DNA of 64,000 nucleotides from a virus (taxonomy: Duplodnaviria > Caudoviricetes): the IMG/VR virus record IMGVR_UViG_3300005434_000009, positions 8,581 to 72,580 of that record. One strand, 5' to 3'. The position numbers and the translations under genes were made by a program. Each line of letters starts with the position of its first letter. The stretch's first letter is position 1. Of the stretch, positions 42,932 through 52,554 are shown piece by piece. The notes beneath the pieces were generated by a model. The model did no database searches. It worked only from the letters and a program-made list of their open reading frames with translations, and was not told where the DNA came from.

Positions 42932-45004
42932 TCACGGGTTGTCGGTCTGGCGGAAACAGGTGAGTTGCATCTGGTCCGCCACCGAATCCATCAGCTGGTA
43001 GCCCTGGATGAGGAACCGGCCCACCACCCCGGTCTCCGGGGAGTTGATACGGGCGATGTCACCCAAGGCCACCCCGGGGTGGGCGACGATGCCGATGGTG
43101 ACGGTGTTCGCCAGACCGAGGCTGTTGTTCAGTGACCCGTCGGCGATGTCCTGGCACTGCTGCACCGTTTTCGCCAGCGAGAACGTCTTGCGTTTGATCC
43201 GTTTCCCGATACCGACCGGCGGCGGGTAGATGTTGTACTTGCTGGCCGGGTCGGTGTTGAACGCGTACGCATTCACCGGGTTCTTACTGGTCGTGGACTC
43301 GCCCTTGATGACCCAGCCGTTGACGATCTGGGAAGTGTCGAGTTCCGACTCCAACCCGATGATGACCGGCCGGATCGTGTGGTCCCAGTTCCAGGAGATC
43401 GCGCCACGGCGCGGGTCAGGGACAGGCCGGGAGGTGAACGCCCCGATGACGTCGTAGAAGCATTCCGAGCCGATGGAGGTGTAGACACCGCGGATGTTCT
43501 GCCACGGGTTCGCCCCCTCCCCCAACCCCCACACCAGCAGGGAGTCATCCACGGTATGGTCGGAGGAGAACTGGTTGAACAACGTCTGGTTGGGCCGGCG
43601 GTCCAACACCATGGCTTTGCCGAGCTGGTCGTAGGTGACGCCGGTGGGCCCGGTGTACACCTGCTCCCATTCGGCCAACTGGATGAGTCGTGACGGGTCG
43701 GTGGCGTGGACTTTCACCACAGCCCCACCGCCGACTAGGCCTCCACCGCGCCCGATGGAGCCGGCACCGCTGGATGCGCCACCGGTGCCGCCGGACGAAC
43801 CGGGGGTGATCTTCGTTTTGGCTTTGTCGACCGGTCCGTAGAAGGTGGGGATCAGTTCGTCGGAGGAGATGACGCAGCCGATTCGGACCTTCAGCGACTT
43901 CACCTTCGGGATGCCCCCGAGGGCGCTTTGGCGGGTGAACGTCACCCGCGACAGCACCGTGCGGGTGGTGGTGTCACCCTCGCGGAGGCGTGGGACCGGG
44001 CCGTAGTTGGTGGCGACATCCCAGCTGAGCCCGTTGTTGATCGACGTCTCCACCACAGCCGTGGCACCGTCGGGGACCACCAAGTCGAACGTCACCCGCG
44101 ACGCCGCGACAGGTGCACCGTTCAACGGGTAGGGGTCGGAGATCCAGTAGCCGGCCAGCGGGTTGAACCCGGTGGACATGCTGGCTGTGGACACCATCGG
44201 GGAGCCCTGGGACACCGGGTTCGTCGTCGACGACGAGGTGCCGGTGGTCATCGACGCGGTGGCGGTCATCGCGCTACCGGTGGAGGAGCTGTCCGGGGCC
44301 TTGCGGAGGAAGAACCACATCCCGGCGGTCGCCGGAGCCCCATCCCCCACCGGAATGGAGACGGTGCCGGTGGTGCCCGAGCTCAGGTATTCCTTGCCGA
44401 TCACGATGACGGCCGGGTTGGTGTCGTACTGGTAGTAGGTCTCCCCGGACTTGTCGGTCGACATGACCGGCTTCCACCCGGTCGGGGTCCCCATCGACGT
44501 CGGCCACGACGGCCAACCACCCTCAGGGTCGGCGGTGTTCCAGACGACGAACACCATCACCCCGGCCGTCGGGACTGACACCGACGACACGTCCACTGTT
44601 GTGGCGCCCACCGTGTGGGTGGTGGTCAGCGCGCCAGCGGTGGGCGCTACCGAAGGGTCCACGCCACGGGCGGTGAGCAGCCCGTACATGAAGTCCCGCC
44701 ACCCGGGCGGTTTCGGGAACGCGACGCTGGTGTCGGTGTCGCCGTTGACGATGGTCCGGTAGTAGATCCCCCGGGTCTCGTTGTCTGAGTCCAGGACGTA
44801 CGCGGCTGTGAACCCGGTGGGTGGGTCCGGGGACATCGGGACCATCAGGGTGGTGTCACTCGAGGTGCCCGACCCGGACACCATTACCAGGCGTACGTCG
44901 TTCTGCTGCTTGTTCGGGCCCAGGGTCAGCGTCAGCGGTTCGAAATGGCCACCGGGTGGGGTGATGACGACCGAGGGGTCATCGAAGTAGATGGTCGCCG
45001 GCAT
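42932..45004 (-). CDS. Minor tail protein with the C-terminal DUF5047/Tal-like half
   Basis: ...ELIPTFYGPV..DPSRLI..W...PW..I...G.ECFYD..G.FT.RPVPD...N.W...GE...K...LG. Confidence 0.65.
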   Translation of the reverse strand: MPATIYFDDPSVVITPPGGHFEPLTLTLGPNKQQNDVRLVMVSGSGTSSDTTLMVPMSPDPPTGFTAAYVLDSDNETRGIYYRTIVNGDTDTSVAFPKPPGWRDFMYGLLTARGVDPSVAPTAGALTTTHTVGATTVDVSSVSVPTAGVMVFVVWNTADPEGGWPSWPTSMGTPTGWKPVMSTDKSGETYYQYDTNPAVIVIGKEYLSSGTTGTVSIPVGDGAPATAGMWFFLRKAPDSSSTGSAMTATASMTTGTSSSTTNPVSQGSPMVSTASMSTGFNPLAGYWISDPYPLNGAPVAASRVTFDLVVPDGATAVVETSINNGLSWDVATNYGPVPRLREGDTTTRTVLSRVTFTRQSALGGIPKVKSLKVRIGCVISSDELIPTFYGPVDKAKTKITPGSSGGTGGASSGAGSIGRGGGLVGGGAVVKVHATDPSRLIQLAEWEQVYTGPTGVTYDQLGKAMVLDRRPNQTLFNQFSSDHTVDDSLLVWGLGEGANPWQNIRGVYTSIGSECFYDVIGAFTSRPVPDPRRGAISWNWDHTIRPVIIGLESELDTSQIVNGWVIKGESTTSKNPVNAYAFNTDPASKYNIYPPPVGIGKRIKRKTFSLAKTVQQCQDIADGSLNNSLGLANTVTIGIVAHPGVALGDIARINSPETGVVGRFLIQGYQLMDSVADQMQLTCFRQTDNP

Positions 45005-45013
45005 CCCGGGCGC

Positions 45014-45496
45014 CTATGTGGCTTGGTCGGTCAGGACACCGAACACGTGCGAGTACGTTCCGCCGGTCGCGCCACCGGTGGTGGTGTCCAGTCCGAGCGG
45101 TTTGCACAGCGACAACGCGGTGCCGGTGGTGGGCCGGTAGAGCAACACCGCCCGCACGATGGAGGGGTTGTTCACCGCACCGCCCGCGGGGTTCCATACC
45201 TGGGTCGCGTTGAGTGACAGTGCGTTCTTGTAGGGCGATGAGCCGGTGGTGATGGTGATGGTTCGGTCGGCGGTTCCGAGGATCTTGGGGGCGTAGTTTG
45301 TGAAGTCGCATTCAACCCAGCCTGCGGTGAGCATCGCCCCGTAGGTGGTGCAGTTCCGGAGAATGGTGTCGGTGGCGGCACCGATGCTCTTGGCCAGGCA
45401 GAGGACGAGGTTGTCAGTCCCCAGCCCGTCCCGCTGCCTGGGGAGCTCGCCGAGCTCGATGAACCGGCCGAGCGCGACTGTGCAGGGAACCGACAC
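45014..45496 (-). CDS. Tail-associated hypothetical protein
   Basis: GAGGAG RBS; EC.FTNY..K.L pattern. Confidence 0.55.
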   Translation of the reverse strand: MSVPCTVALGRFIELGELPRQRDGLGTDNLVLCLAKSIGAATDTILRNCTTYGAMLTAGWVECDFTNYAPKILGTADRTITITTGSSPYKNALSLNATQVWNPAGGAVNNPSIVRAVLLYRPTTGTALSLCKPLGLDTTTGGATGGTYSHVFGVLTDQAT

Positions 45497-45534
45497 GGGC
45501 GCTCCTCAGGGCATGCGTGAGAGCCCCGAACCAC

Positions 45535-45563
45535 AAGGTGGGGGCGAAGAAGGTGGGGGCGAA
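45535..45563. repeat. 14-bp direct tandem repeat, intergenic
   Basis: AAGGTGGGGGCGAA at 45535 and 45550. Confidence 0.85.
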
Positions 45564-45574
45564 CTGTTGGGCCG

Positions 45575-45967
45575 TCAGGGGCCCAGCTGGAGTTCCCCTG
45601 AGCCGTTGACGGTCACCCCGACCATCTGGCCGGTGGACGTGGGCGTCCAGGACGCCACTGAGTTGTGAACACCGCCGAGCATCTCGGTGTCGGTGTAGCG
45701 GATGCCGGCCCAGGACCGGATGTAGGTGTCCGCCACACCCGTGGTCAACGCGGCCTTCGCCGCGTCGGTGAGCACCCCCAGAGGGATGTCGACTTCGCGG
45801 ACCAACTGCTGGGCGGCGTTCCGGTCGGCGGTCACCATGCCTGAGGGGAGGATCGGCACATCCCGCTGGATGGTCGTGCCGCTACCGTTCTCGATGTCGA
45901 CTCGGCGGATCGGGTTGTGCGGAACCCGCTGTTCAGCATCGAAGCGGCTGGTCCGTGGCTGCGGCAC
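45575..45967 (-). CDS. N-terminal half of a DUF5047-like minor tail protein
   Basis: TSRF...PHNP..RVDI...VPI..G.VTADR...R..D...WAGIRY.D. Confidence 0.6.
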   Translation of the reverse strand: MPQPRTSRFDAEQRVPHNPIRRVDIENGSGTTIQRDVPILPSGMVTADRNAAQQLVREVDIPLGVLTDAAKAALTTGVADTYIRSWAGIRYTDTEMLGGVHNSVASWTPTSTGQMVGVTVNGSGELQLGP

Positions 45968-45979
45968 GACACCCCCTGG

Positions 45980-47671
45980 CTAGTAGGTGACCGGTGGGCC
46001 TGTCTGGGTGAACAGCGTCTTCCGCTTGATCATTTGAATCTTGGTCTGGTTACCGGGCACCGTCCGAACCGTCTCCTCGGTGTCCCTACCTGAAGCCCCC
46101 GGGCCCAGAGCGCCCCACAACTGGTCACTCCACGGGAACTGAAGGAACAGCGGACAACGGGCCTCATCGAGCTGGTCCAGAGCCGCCCACAAGGTGGGGT
46201 CCTCGATCATCTTGAACACCATCGACAGGTCGTACTCGAACCCGTACGTGGGCCCCCAGGTAACCATCGGCAACACCTGCGTGGTGGGCCCACCGGAGAA
46301 GAAGAACGTCCCCTGCATCTGCCGCTTGGTTCGTTTGACCGTGGGGTCGCCCTTCGCCGCCTCCAACTCGATGGCGGTATCCAGCAGCTCATCCGTGGGG
46401 TGCTTCAGCAGGATCCGGTCATCGGCCGGGGTGACTGTCAAAGTCGACGAGGGGGACGCGGCCGCAACCAGCGGGCTGCCGGCGTAAGCGACGATCCGGT
46501 ATTGGGTGGGGGCGTTCAACAACGGGAACCGGTCACCCACCGTCACCGGGCTCATTCCGCTCGCCTGGACATAGGTCAAGGACGGGGACGCCGCCGCCCA
46601 CCCATCAGCCGTCCCAGTTGTGTTCTTCTCCACGGTGAACGCCACCGTCGCCGGGCTGGAGCCGCCCGGGTGGAACGTCAGGTAGGTCTGCATGTCGGTG
46701 TAGGAGTACGCCGCCGAATCCAGCATCGCCGTCGCCGGCGGCGATGCGGGGGCCGCCGCGCGGGTCCACGTCCGGGAGGCGATCGCCGTCCGAAAGTCCC
46801 CGCCGGCCCCGGCCCACTGGGCGGTGGCCTGGATGTACACCACGTAGGTGTCGTCCACCAGGTCCCCGGGTAGGACCCACTGCTGGTCCTCCCCCAGCTG
46901 CCAGTAACTGGTGTCCGCGCTCGCCCCGACCTGACCGGAGGTGAACTTCGCCGGGGTGACGAACGGGGCGAACCCGCCAGCCAGCGTCGTCGCCTGGGTG
47001 TACACCGCACCCCGCCAAGACTGCTGCGGGGCCTGGTTCGTGCTGGCGTAAGTCCATTTCACCGTCGGTTGGGTCTCGGACCCGTTCGACGGTGCGGTGA
47101 TCGTGACCGTGGACACCTGCTGGTAGTAGTAGTCGACGTACAGGGCCGCCAGGTCAAGGTTCTGGGAGAAGTCGTCATCCCCACCACCACGGCCGAGCTC
47201 CACGGACAGGGCGGTGAGGTTGCCGTTCTGGTCCCACGCCCCGTCGTCAGGGGCGATGGTGAACTGGCCCAGGTCCAAGTCCTGCCACGACGCGGTCACC
47301 GGGTCCGTGGGGGCTTTTCGGTCGAACGCCGTCTTGGCCACCGGCGCGGTCTGGCCGGCGACCACAACAGGCCCGTACTGGGTACGCAACCAGCCAAGCA
47401 GCAGCGGCCGGTTCGTGCCCTCCACAACGGACTTCATCCGCAGTCGGATCCCGACGGAGAACACCCGGTCGGTGGACGACAGCACCGGGGCAGGGATAGT
47501 CACCCGGGCCACTTCGGCGTCGTTGCGGGCTGGTCCGGTGAACCGGGCAAAGCTCGAGTCGGATGCGTCAGCCAGGGCGGCGTCGATGCTCGCCGCACCG
47601 CTGACCGTGTTCGTGACGACCCCGACCTGGGTGGTCGCACTGGGGCGCAGGGTGCCGGTCAGGAACGTCAC
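45980..47671 (-). CDS. Minor tail protein (distal-tail position)
   Basis: First gene after the tape measure; Ig/FN3-like segments. Confidence 0.7.
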   Translation of the reverse strand: MTFLTGTLRPSATTQVGVVTNTVSGAASIDAALADASDSSFARFTGPARNDAEVARVTIPAPVLSSTDRVFSVGIRLRMKSVVEGTNRPLLLGWLRTQYGPVVVAGQTAPVAKTAFDRKAPTDPVTASWQDLDLGQFTIAPDDGAWDQNGNLTALSVELGRGGGDDDFSQNLDLAALYVDYYYQQVSTVTITAPSNGSETQPTVKWTYASTNQAPQQSWRGAVYTQATTLAGGFAPFVTPAKFTSGQVGASADTSYWQLGEDQQWVLPGDLVDDTYVVYIQATAQWAGAGGDFRTAIASRTWTRAAAPASPPATAMLDSAAYSYTDMQTYLTFHPGGSSPATVAFTVEKNTTGTADGWAAASPSLTYVQASGMSPVTVGDRFPLLNAPTQYRIVAYAGSPLVAAASPSSTLTVTPADDRILLKHPTDELLDTAIELEAAKGDPTVKRTKRQMQGTFFFSGGPTTQVLPMVTWGPTYGFEYDLSMVFKMIEDPTLWAALDQLDEARCPLFLQFPWSDQLWGALGPGASGRDTEETVRTVPGNQTKIQMIKRKTLFTQTGPPVTY

Positions 47672-50600
47672 CCGTTGGCCCCCGTCAGCGCGTTCAACAG
47701 CAGCTCAAAGAGCTGATTGCCACCCTCTGTGACCAGGTCCCGGAACGGCTGGCTGTCGAGGCTGATCTGGATCACCTGGGGTTGAGTGGTGACCCCCTGA
47801 AGCGCCGCCGTCAGCGCGGCCACAGCCCCGCTGCCGTCGAAGTTGAGTGACTTGTTCTTGTAGACCGACGCCCCGCCGTACCCGCCCAACGAGTTGGTGC
47901 CGGCGAGTGCGGTGGCGATCTGCTCGTTGTCGACGTTCGGGGTGCCCGCTTGGAAGTCAGCGGTCTTCAGCTGCGACTGAGCACCGGTGAGGACGCTTCG
48001 GCTCCAGGTGTAGCCGATCTGCAGTCCGGAGTCCGACATCGGCCCAACGGCGGCGTTCTGCATCGCCCCCGCCATGCCGGACCCGGCGGCGGCGAGGGAA
48101 GGGATGCCCGCGTTGACTCCCCCGACAGCACCGGCGACGGAGTTTCCACCTATGGCGGCCCACTCCGCTGAGGGGGACGACTGCTTGTCCTTCTTCTTGT
48201 AACCGGCGTGCCCTGCACCGGCCAACGCGGCACCGGAGGCTTGGATCTTCCCGACGTGAGCGGACAGCCCCTGGGACAAACCCTGGGCGGAGTTCTGACC
48301 GGCCTTGTTGAACATGCCCGGTAGCTGGGAGAACGGGTTGATGACCGCGTTCAACCCCCGGGAACGGGCCTGGTCGGCGGCGAACGGGTTCACATCACCA
48401 GACGGCTTCGCGTGACCTGAGATGTGCAGGTTCGCCAGAGCCCGCTCATGCAAGCCGGCCCGGTTCTGTAGGAGCTGGTCGCGGCGCTCGTCGTGAGTCA
48501 TCCCACCGATCGCCTGCCGCTGACGGCCCTCCCGGGCAGCAGCCAACGCGGCGGCGCGGTCGTTGTGAGCCTGGAACCGGGCCATCGCGTCGGGGCTGTA
48601 CTCCCGGGCGGTGTTCGGGTCCTGCTTGCGTACCGACACCACGGGGGCGGACCCGTCCTGGTAGTCGTACCCGAACTTCTGCACACCATCCTGAGCGGCG
48701 GACAGCACCCCACCCATGTGGTTGGACATGGCCCCGAACGTGCCCGCGGAGGCCCGCTGAGCACCCTGCCCGAAGCCGGCCATCGTCATCCGGCCCAGGT
48801 AGTCGAACTCCTTGGACGGGGAGTGAATACCGAGAGCACCGGCAGCGATCTCAATGAGATGCTTGACGTGCTTGACCATGACCGTGTCCGTAACGGTCAT
48901 GGTCGAGGTCGTGCCCGCCGCTATGCCGCCACTGACCCCACCGCCGATAGCCGCACCGCCGGCCACCGCCGCTGGCGCGGCCACAGACACGGCCTTCTGG
49001 ATGTGCTGCACCATCGCCGCACCCGTCGAAGCCCCACCACCGGCGATCTGAGGGGCGGCGGCTCGCATCATGTCGTTCAAGGGTGCGACACCGCCACCAC
49101 CGAGGCCCACAGCGGCGCTTACGGGCATCGGCCCCACCGACTGACCGGGACCTCGGGGACCAACACCGGAGTACATCGGATGACCCACCGGCGGCAGACC
49201 AGCGTCAGCGCGGGCAGAGGTCAAGGCATCCGCGGCCGACTGGCCCGGGGGGACCATCGGCCCGCCCGAACCTGGCCCGAAGTTGCCAGCTCCGGCGCGT
49301 GATCCGATGCCCATGCTCTTCTGCGACTGAGGCGGGCCCAGGTTCATGGGACCGGTGCTGGCATTCGGGTCGGCCGGAGTGAAGCCGGGGACCCCGAACA
49401 GGCCCGCGAGGCCACCACCGATACCACCGATGAGGCCACCGATCGGGGCGGTGATCTCAGCCGCTGGCCCGCCGAACAGGCCAACCGCCGCGCCGATCGG
49501 AGCACCCTTGGCGGCCCCGGAGAAGAACTTGGACAGGGGCGAGGCCCCCGGCGTCTTCACCGTGCCGCCCATGCCATCAGGGACCCCGGTGTCCACAGAT
49601 CCAGGCAACGAACCGTCCGGGCCGGGGGTGCTGGAGAAGTTGGAGGGAATGCCGAACGCCCCGGACACCGCATCGGTACCCCACGCCGCCGCGTTGGCGG
49701 CGCCGTGCAGGAACGGAGCCGCCGCCGAGACACCCTGGACGAGCCCGCCACCGAGCGCGGAGGCGCCGCGGACAATGCTCTCGGTCGCGGACTGCAAACC
49801 ACCCGCGTTCTGGGTGACGATGTTCGCGAACCGGGCGATCTCGGGGGCAGAATTCCCGAACGCCCCCAACGCGGCACCGGCCAAAGAGGTGAGAGCCTGC
49901 TCTGACGGCCCGATCGCCGGGGCCAGCTGCTTCATCGTCTGAGTGAGGGTGCCGGCGAGGTCGTTCGCGTGCTTCAGAGTGGGTGCCATGTTGTCGGCGC
50001 CGATCCGGGCCAACTCGTGACCAACACCCTTGATCGACGTGCCGAGGGCGTCCATGCCTGGCAGGCCCGCCGCGGAGGTTTCCGACCGCATCTGCCGGAA
50101 TTCCTTGTTGAAGCCGCGTATGGCCTCTTGACCCTTGTTCATCAGCTGGCTGTTGTGCGCGAAGTCCTCAGCGACACCGGCCAGCCCTACACCGGCCACG
50201 GCCGCCCCGAGAGCGCCCATGCCGATCGCGGAAACACCAGCGACCAGGCCGACCATCATCAGCGGACGGGCGGCCGATCCAGCCATGCCAGCAACGCCGC
50301 CCAGAGTGGAGCCGACACCCTCGAACCCGCTCGTGGCGGATCCCAGGGTGTCGCGGAGACCCTTGGCTGCGAGGTCTATCCCGGACAGACCGTTACCTGA
50401 TCTGCCAATGTTGTTGACGGCGTCGCCGACCTTTGCGAGTTCCTTGCCCGCTTGGCCAGCACTCGCTCCGGTACGGGCGAGATCGGTACCCATCTGGCTG
50501 GTATGTCCGGATGCGGTGGAGAATGCCGAACCCATCTCGCCGGCGGAGGTGATGGCCTGCCGGGCGTTCCGGTAGATCCCCATCACCTCAACGGTGGTGG

Positions 50601-51114
50601 CGTGCGCATCAGCCGCCATCCCACGGAACCCGCGCCCCGCGCTGGCGGCGCCGGATTCGATGGCCCGCATACCGACCGAGCCGGAACCGATCTCGCCGAT
50701 CGATCCCCGGGCCCGGTCGGCTTCGTTGGCCAGCTGCCGCATTCCAGAGGCCGACCGGGAGATGCTGGACGGTGCCCCGCCGCCCATGATCCGGTTGACG
50801 GCGTCCAGGTGGTCGTTCAGCCGCCCAGCGTGATCGGCGGCGCGACCAACATGGTCGCCCATGCCATGGGCCGAACGACCCGCCCGGTCGAAGCTGTCGC
50901 CCATCCCCCGGCCGGCGCGGCTGGCACGGTCAGCGGCGTCCCTAACCCGACCCAGGTCACCAGCCAGGCCGCCAACCCCAGACCCATTCTGGCGGACGTT
51001 TATGTCAACGTTGACCGTCTTACCGTGCAAAGCATCAATGGCACCCTGGGCGGCCGCGACGGCGGCGAGCGCACCGGAGGCGTCACCGCCGATGTTCACA
51101 GTTGCGTCAGGCAT
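47668..51114 (-). CDS. Tape measure protein
   Basis: 1148 aa, Ala/Gly-rich, helical, follows the chaperones, central hydrophobic stretch, GIHSPSK motif. Confidence 0.92.
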   Translation of the reverse strand: MPDATVNIGGDASGALAAVAAAQGAIDALHGKTVNVDINVRQNGSGVGGLAGDLGRVRDAADRASRAGRGMGDSFDRAGRSAHGMGDHVGRAADHAGRLNDHLDAVNRIMGGGAPSSISRSASGMRQLANEADRARGSIGEIGSGSVGMRAIESGAASAGRGFRGMAADAHATTVEVMGIYRNARQAITSAGEMGSAFSTASGHTSQMGTDLARTGASAGQAGKELAKVGDAVNNIGRSGNGLSGIDLAAKGLRDTLGSATSGFEGVGSTLGGVAGMAGSAARPLMMVGLVAGVSAIGMGALGAAVAGVGLAGVAEDFAHNSQLMNKGQEAIRGFNKEFRQMRSETSAAGLPGMDALGTSIKGVGHELARIGADNMAPTLKHANDLAGTLTQTMKQLAPAIGPSEQALTSLAGAALGAFGNSAPEIARFANIVTQNAGGLQSATESIVRGASALGGGLVQGVSAAAPFLHGAANAAAWGTDAVSGAFGIPSNFSSTPGPDGSLPGSVDTGVPDGMGGTVKTPGASPLSKFFSGAAKGAPIGAAVGLFGGPAAEITAPIGGLIGGIGGGLAGLFGVPGFTPADPNASTGPMNLGPPQSQKSMGIGSRAGAGNFGPGSGGPMVPPGQSAADALTSARADAGLPPVGHPMYSGVGPRGPGQSVGPMPVSAAVGLGGGGVAPLNDMMRAAAPQIAGGGASTGAAMVQHIQKAVSVAAPAAVAGGAAIGGGVSGGIAAGTTSTMTVTDTVMVKHVKHLIEIAAGALGIHSPSKEFDYLGRMTMAGFGQGAQRASAGTFGAMSNHMGGVLSAAQDGVQKFGYDYQDGSAPVVSVRKQDPNTAREYSPDAMARFQAHNDRAAALAAAREGRQRQAIGGMTHDERRDQLLQNRAGLHERALANLHISGHAKPSGDVNPFAADQARSRGLNAVINPFSQLPGMFNKAGQNSAQGLSQGLSAHVGKIQASGAALAGAGHAGYKKKDKQSSPSAEWAAIGGNSVAGAVGGVNAGIPSLAAAGSGMAGAMQNAAVGPMSDSGLQIGYTWSRSVLTGAQSQLKTADFQAGTPNVDNEQIATALAGTNSLGGYGGASVYKNKSLNFDGSGAVAALTAALQGVTTQPQVIQISLDSQPFRDLVTEGGNQLFELLLNALTGANG

Positions 51115-51176
51115 GACGACCCCACCTCCGATCGAGGGCTAGCAACACAGGTGGAAACGTGGTCAACTAGTGAGTT

Positions 51177-51458
51177 ATGCGGATCTACCAGCGTGTAGGC
51201 GCCAACACTGCTATCAGCTACGGGGTGGGCGGGCTCCTACTCGTGGCGTTGCTGTTCGTCGGCATGCTCGTGGCGATGGGGCAAATGTTCTTGCAGACCC
51301 CGGCGGTTCTAGCGTTGTTCGCCGGAGGGTTCGCCGTGATGTTCGCGTCCTACGCCGTGTTCACCCACCGTCGGCACGGCGTGTGGCCGTGGCAGCCGCT
51401 ACCCCTCGGATCTGACGACACCGAAGATGAGCTGGAGCGCGATCCCGTCGAGAACTAG
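51177..51458 (+). CDS. Antisense 2-TM membrane protein (possible superinfection-exclusion moron)
   Basis: Two TM helices, acidic tail, opposite to the late operon. Confidence 0.55.
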   Translation: MRIYQRVGANTAISYGVGGLLLVALLFVGMLVAMGQMFLQTPAVLALFAGGFAVMFASYAVFTHRRHGVWPWQPLPLGSDDTEDELERDPVEN

Positions 51459-51472
51459 CCAGCTCAACGAGC

Positions 51473-51799
51473 TCAGTCGAAGGTCCGGTCGCCCTTTCTG
51501 CGCACCCCGACCCGGCACTGGCACATGTTCCCCCCGCCCGAGAGCCCAGCCTCGGCCAAGTCCTCTGCCGGGTCCTCATCGTTGGACTCCGTGAGCAGGC
51601 GAAGAATGTTGCCGTTGCACTGCTCGCAGGGGACGTTGCGTGGGTCCTGATTCGCCCTACACGGCCCGCACGCGCCCGGTCCGTGGATGACATACAGCTC
51701 GAACCCGGAATCCGACAGAGAGTCTTCCAGAATGTCGTCCGAGGACGGACCGCCACGACTGATGGTGACGTTGATGACCACACCAGCCATCGGCGGCAC
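51473..51799 (-). CDS. Cys-rich hypothetical protein between chaperone and tape measure
   Basis: HGPGACGPC...CEQC...CQC. Confidence 0.55.
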   Translation of the reverse strand: MPPMAGVVINVTISRGGPSSDDILEDSLSDSGFELYVIHGPGACGPCRANQDPRNVPCEQCNGNILRLLTESNDEDPAEDLAEAGLSGGGNMCQCRVGVRRKGDRTFD

Positions 51800-51802
51800 C
51801 CC

Positions 51803-52554
51803 CTAGTCGTCGCCTGTGAACTCTTCCGGTGCGGGGTCCGGGCCGAGATCGAGTCCCCAGGCCAGGTAGTCCGACGGTTTGCGCCCGAACGGCAGGAAAT
51901 CGGCGATCCTCCGCTCTTCTCCCGCCTTGCCGAGAATTGAGGTCCGCATCGCCAGTTCGGCGTGCCGGAGATCATCCCCCAAAGCTCCGAGCGGGCCCTG
52001 CAGGCGAGCCCAGGCGAGCCACTCCAGCCACACGGACAGACGCATCTCCCGGCGCATCCGCTTCGGGTCCGGATGCCCGCACTGGGCGGCCAGGTAGTGG
52101 GCCAGCTGCAGCTCTAGGCTTCCTCGGAGTTTCCCTCTGCGTCCGCGACAGCCTCGTCAGGGGTGGTGTTGTCGTCCCCGTAGTTGGCCTTGTTCGCCGC
52201 CGTGACCATCTTGTTCGTGATGGACTTCCCCAGCGGCTTGAGGCGTTTCTCGCAGGCCTCAGCGTTCTGCCACACCCGCTGGCCGTCCCCGTCACGGGTG
52301 CAGCGGGCCAGGAACTCGTACTGCTTCGACCCGACCTTGAGCCGGACGACCTGACCGAACTTGTCGTACACCTTGTCCGACCGGTCGAAGTCGTCGTGCT
52401 CCCCGGTGGACAGCTCGTGCATCACGTAGGCGACACACGAACCGTCTTCGAGGAGCCAGTCCTCCAGGATCACCAGTTCCTTGTTCAGATCCGGTGGGGG
52501 CGCGTTGTCCAGTTCGGCATCGGTGGAGATGATCCGGTACTTCACCTCGGACAT
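51803..52554 (-). CDS. Tail assembly chaperones G (52114-52554) and GT via -1 frameshift
   Basis: G GGA AAC slippery site near the G stop; the -1 frame reads KLRGSLELQLAHYLA..G.PDP..M...M..S.W.EW. Confidence 0.9.
52129..52135 (-). other. Programmed -1 ribosomal frameshift heptamer GGGAAAC
   Basis: X XXY YYZ in the correct frame at the end of the chaperone gene. Confidence 0.9.

Noticed and set aside
45575-45585. GGGCCCC before TGA as a programmed -1 frameshift joining the split tail gene
   Set aside because: C-rich heptamers slip poorly, and the -1 frame stops before reaching any downstream tail gene in frame
52129-52135. GGGAAAC frameshift as a novelty
   Set aside because: This is the standard tail-chaperone recoding; listed as a feature only
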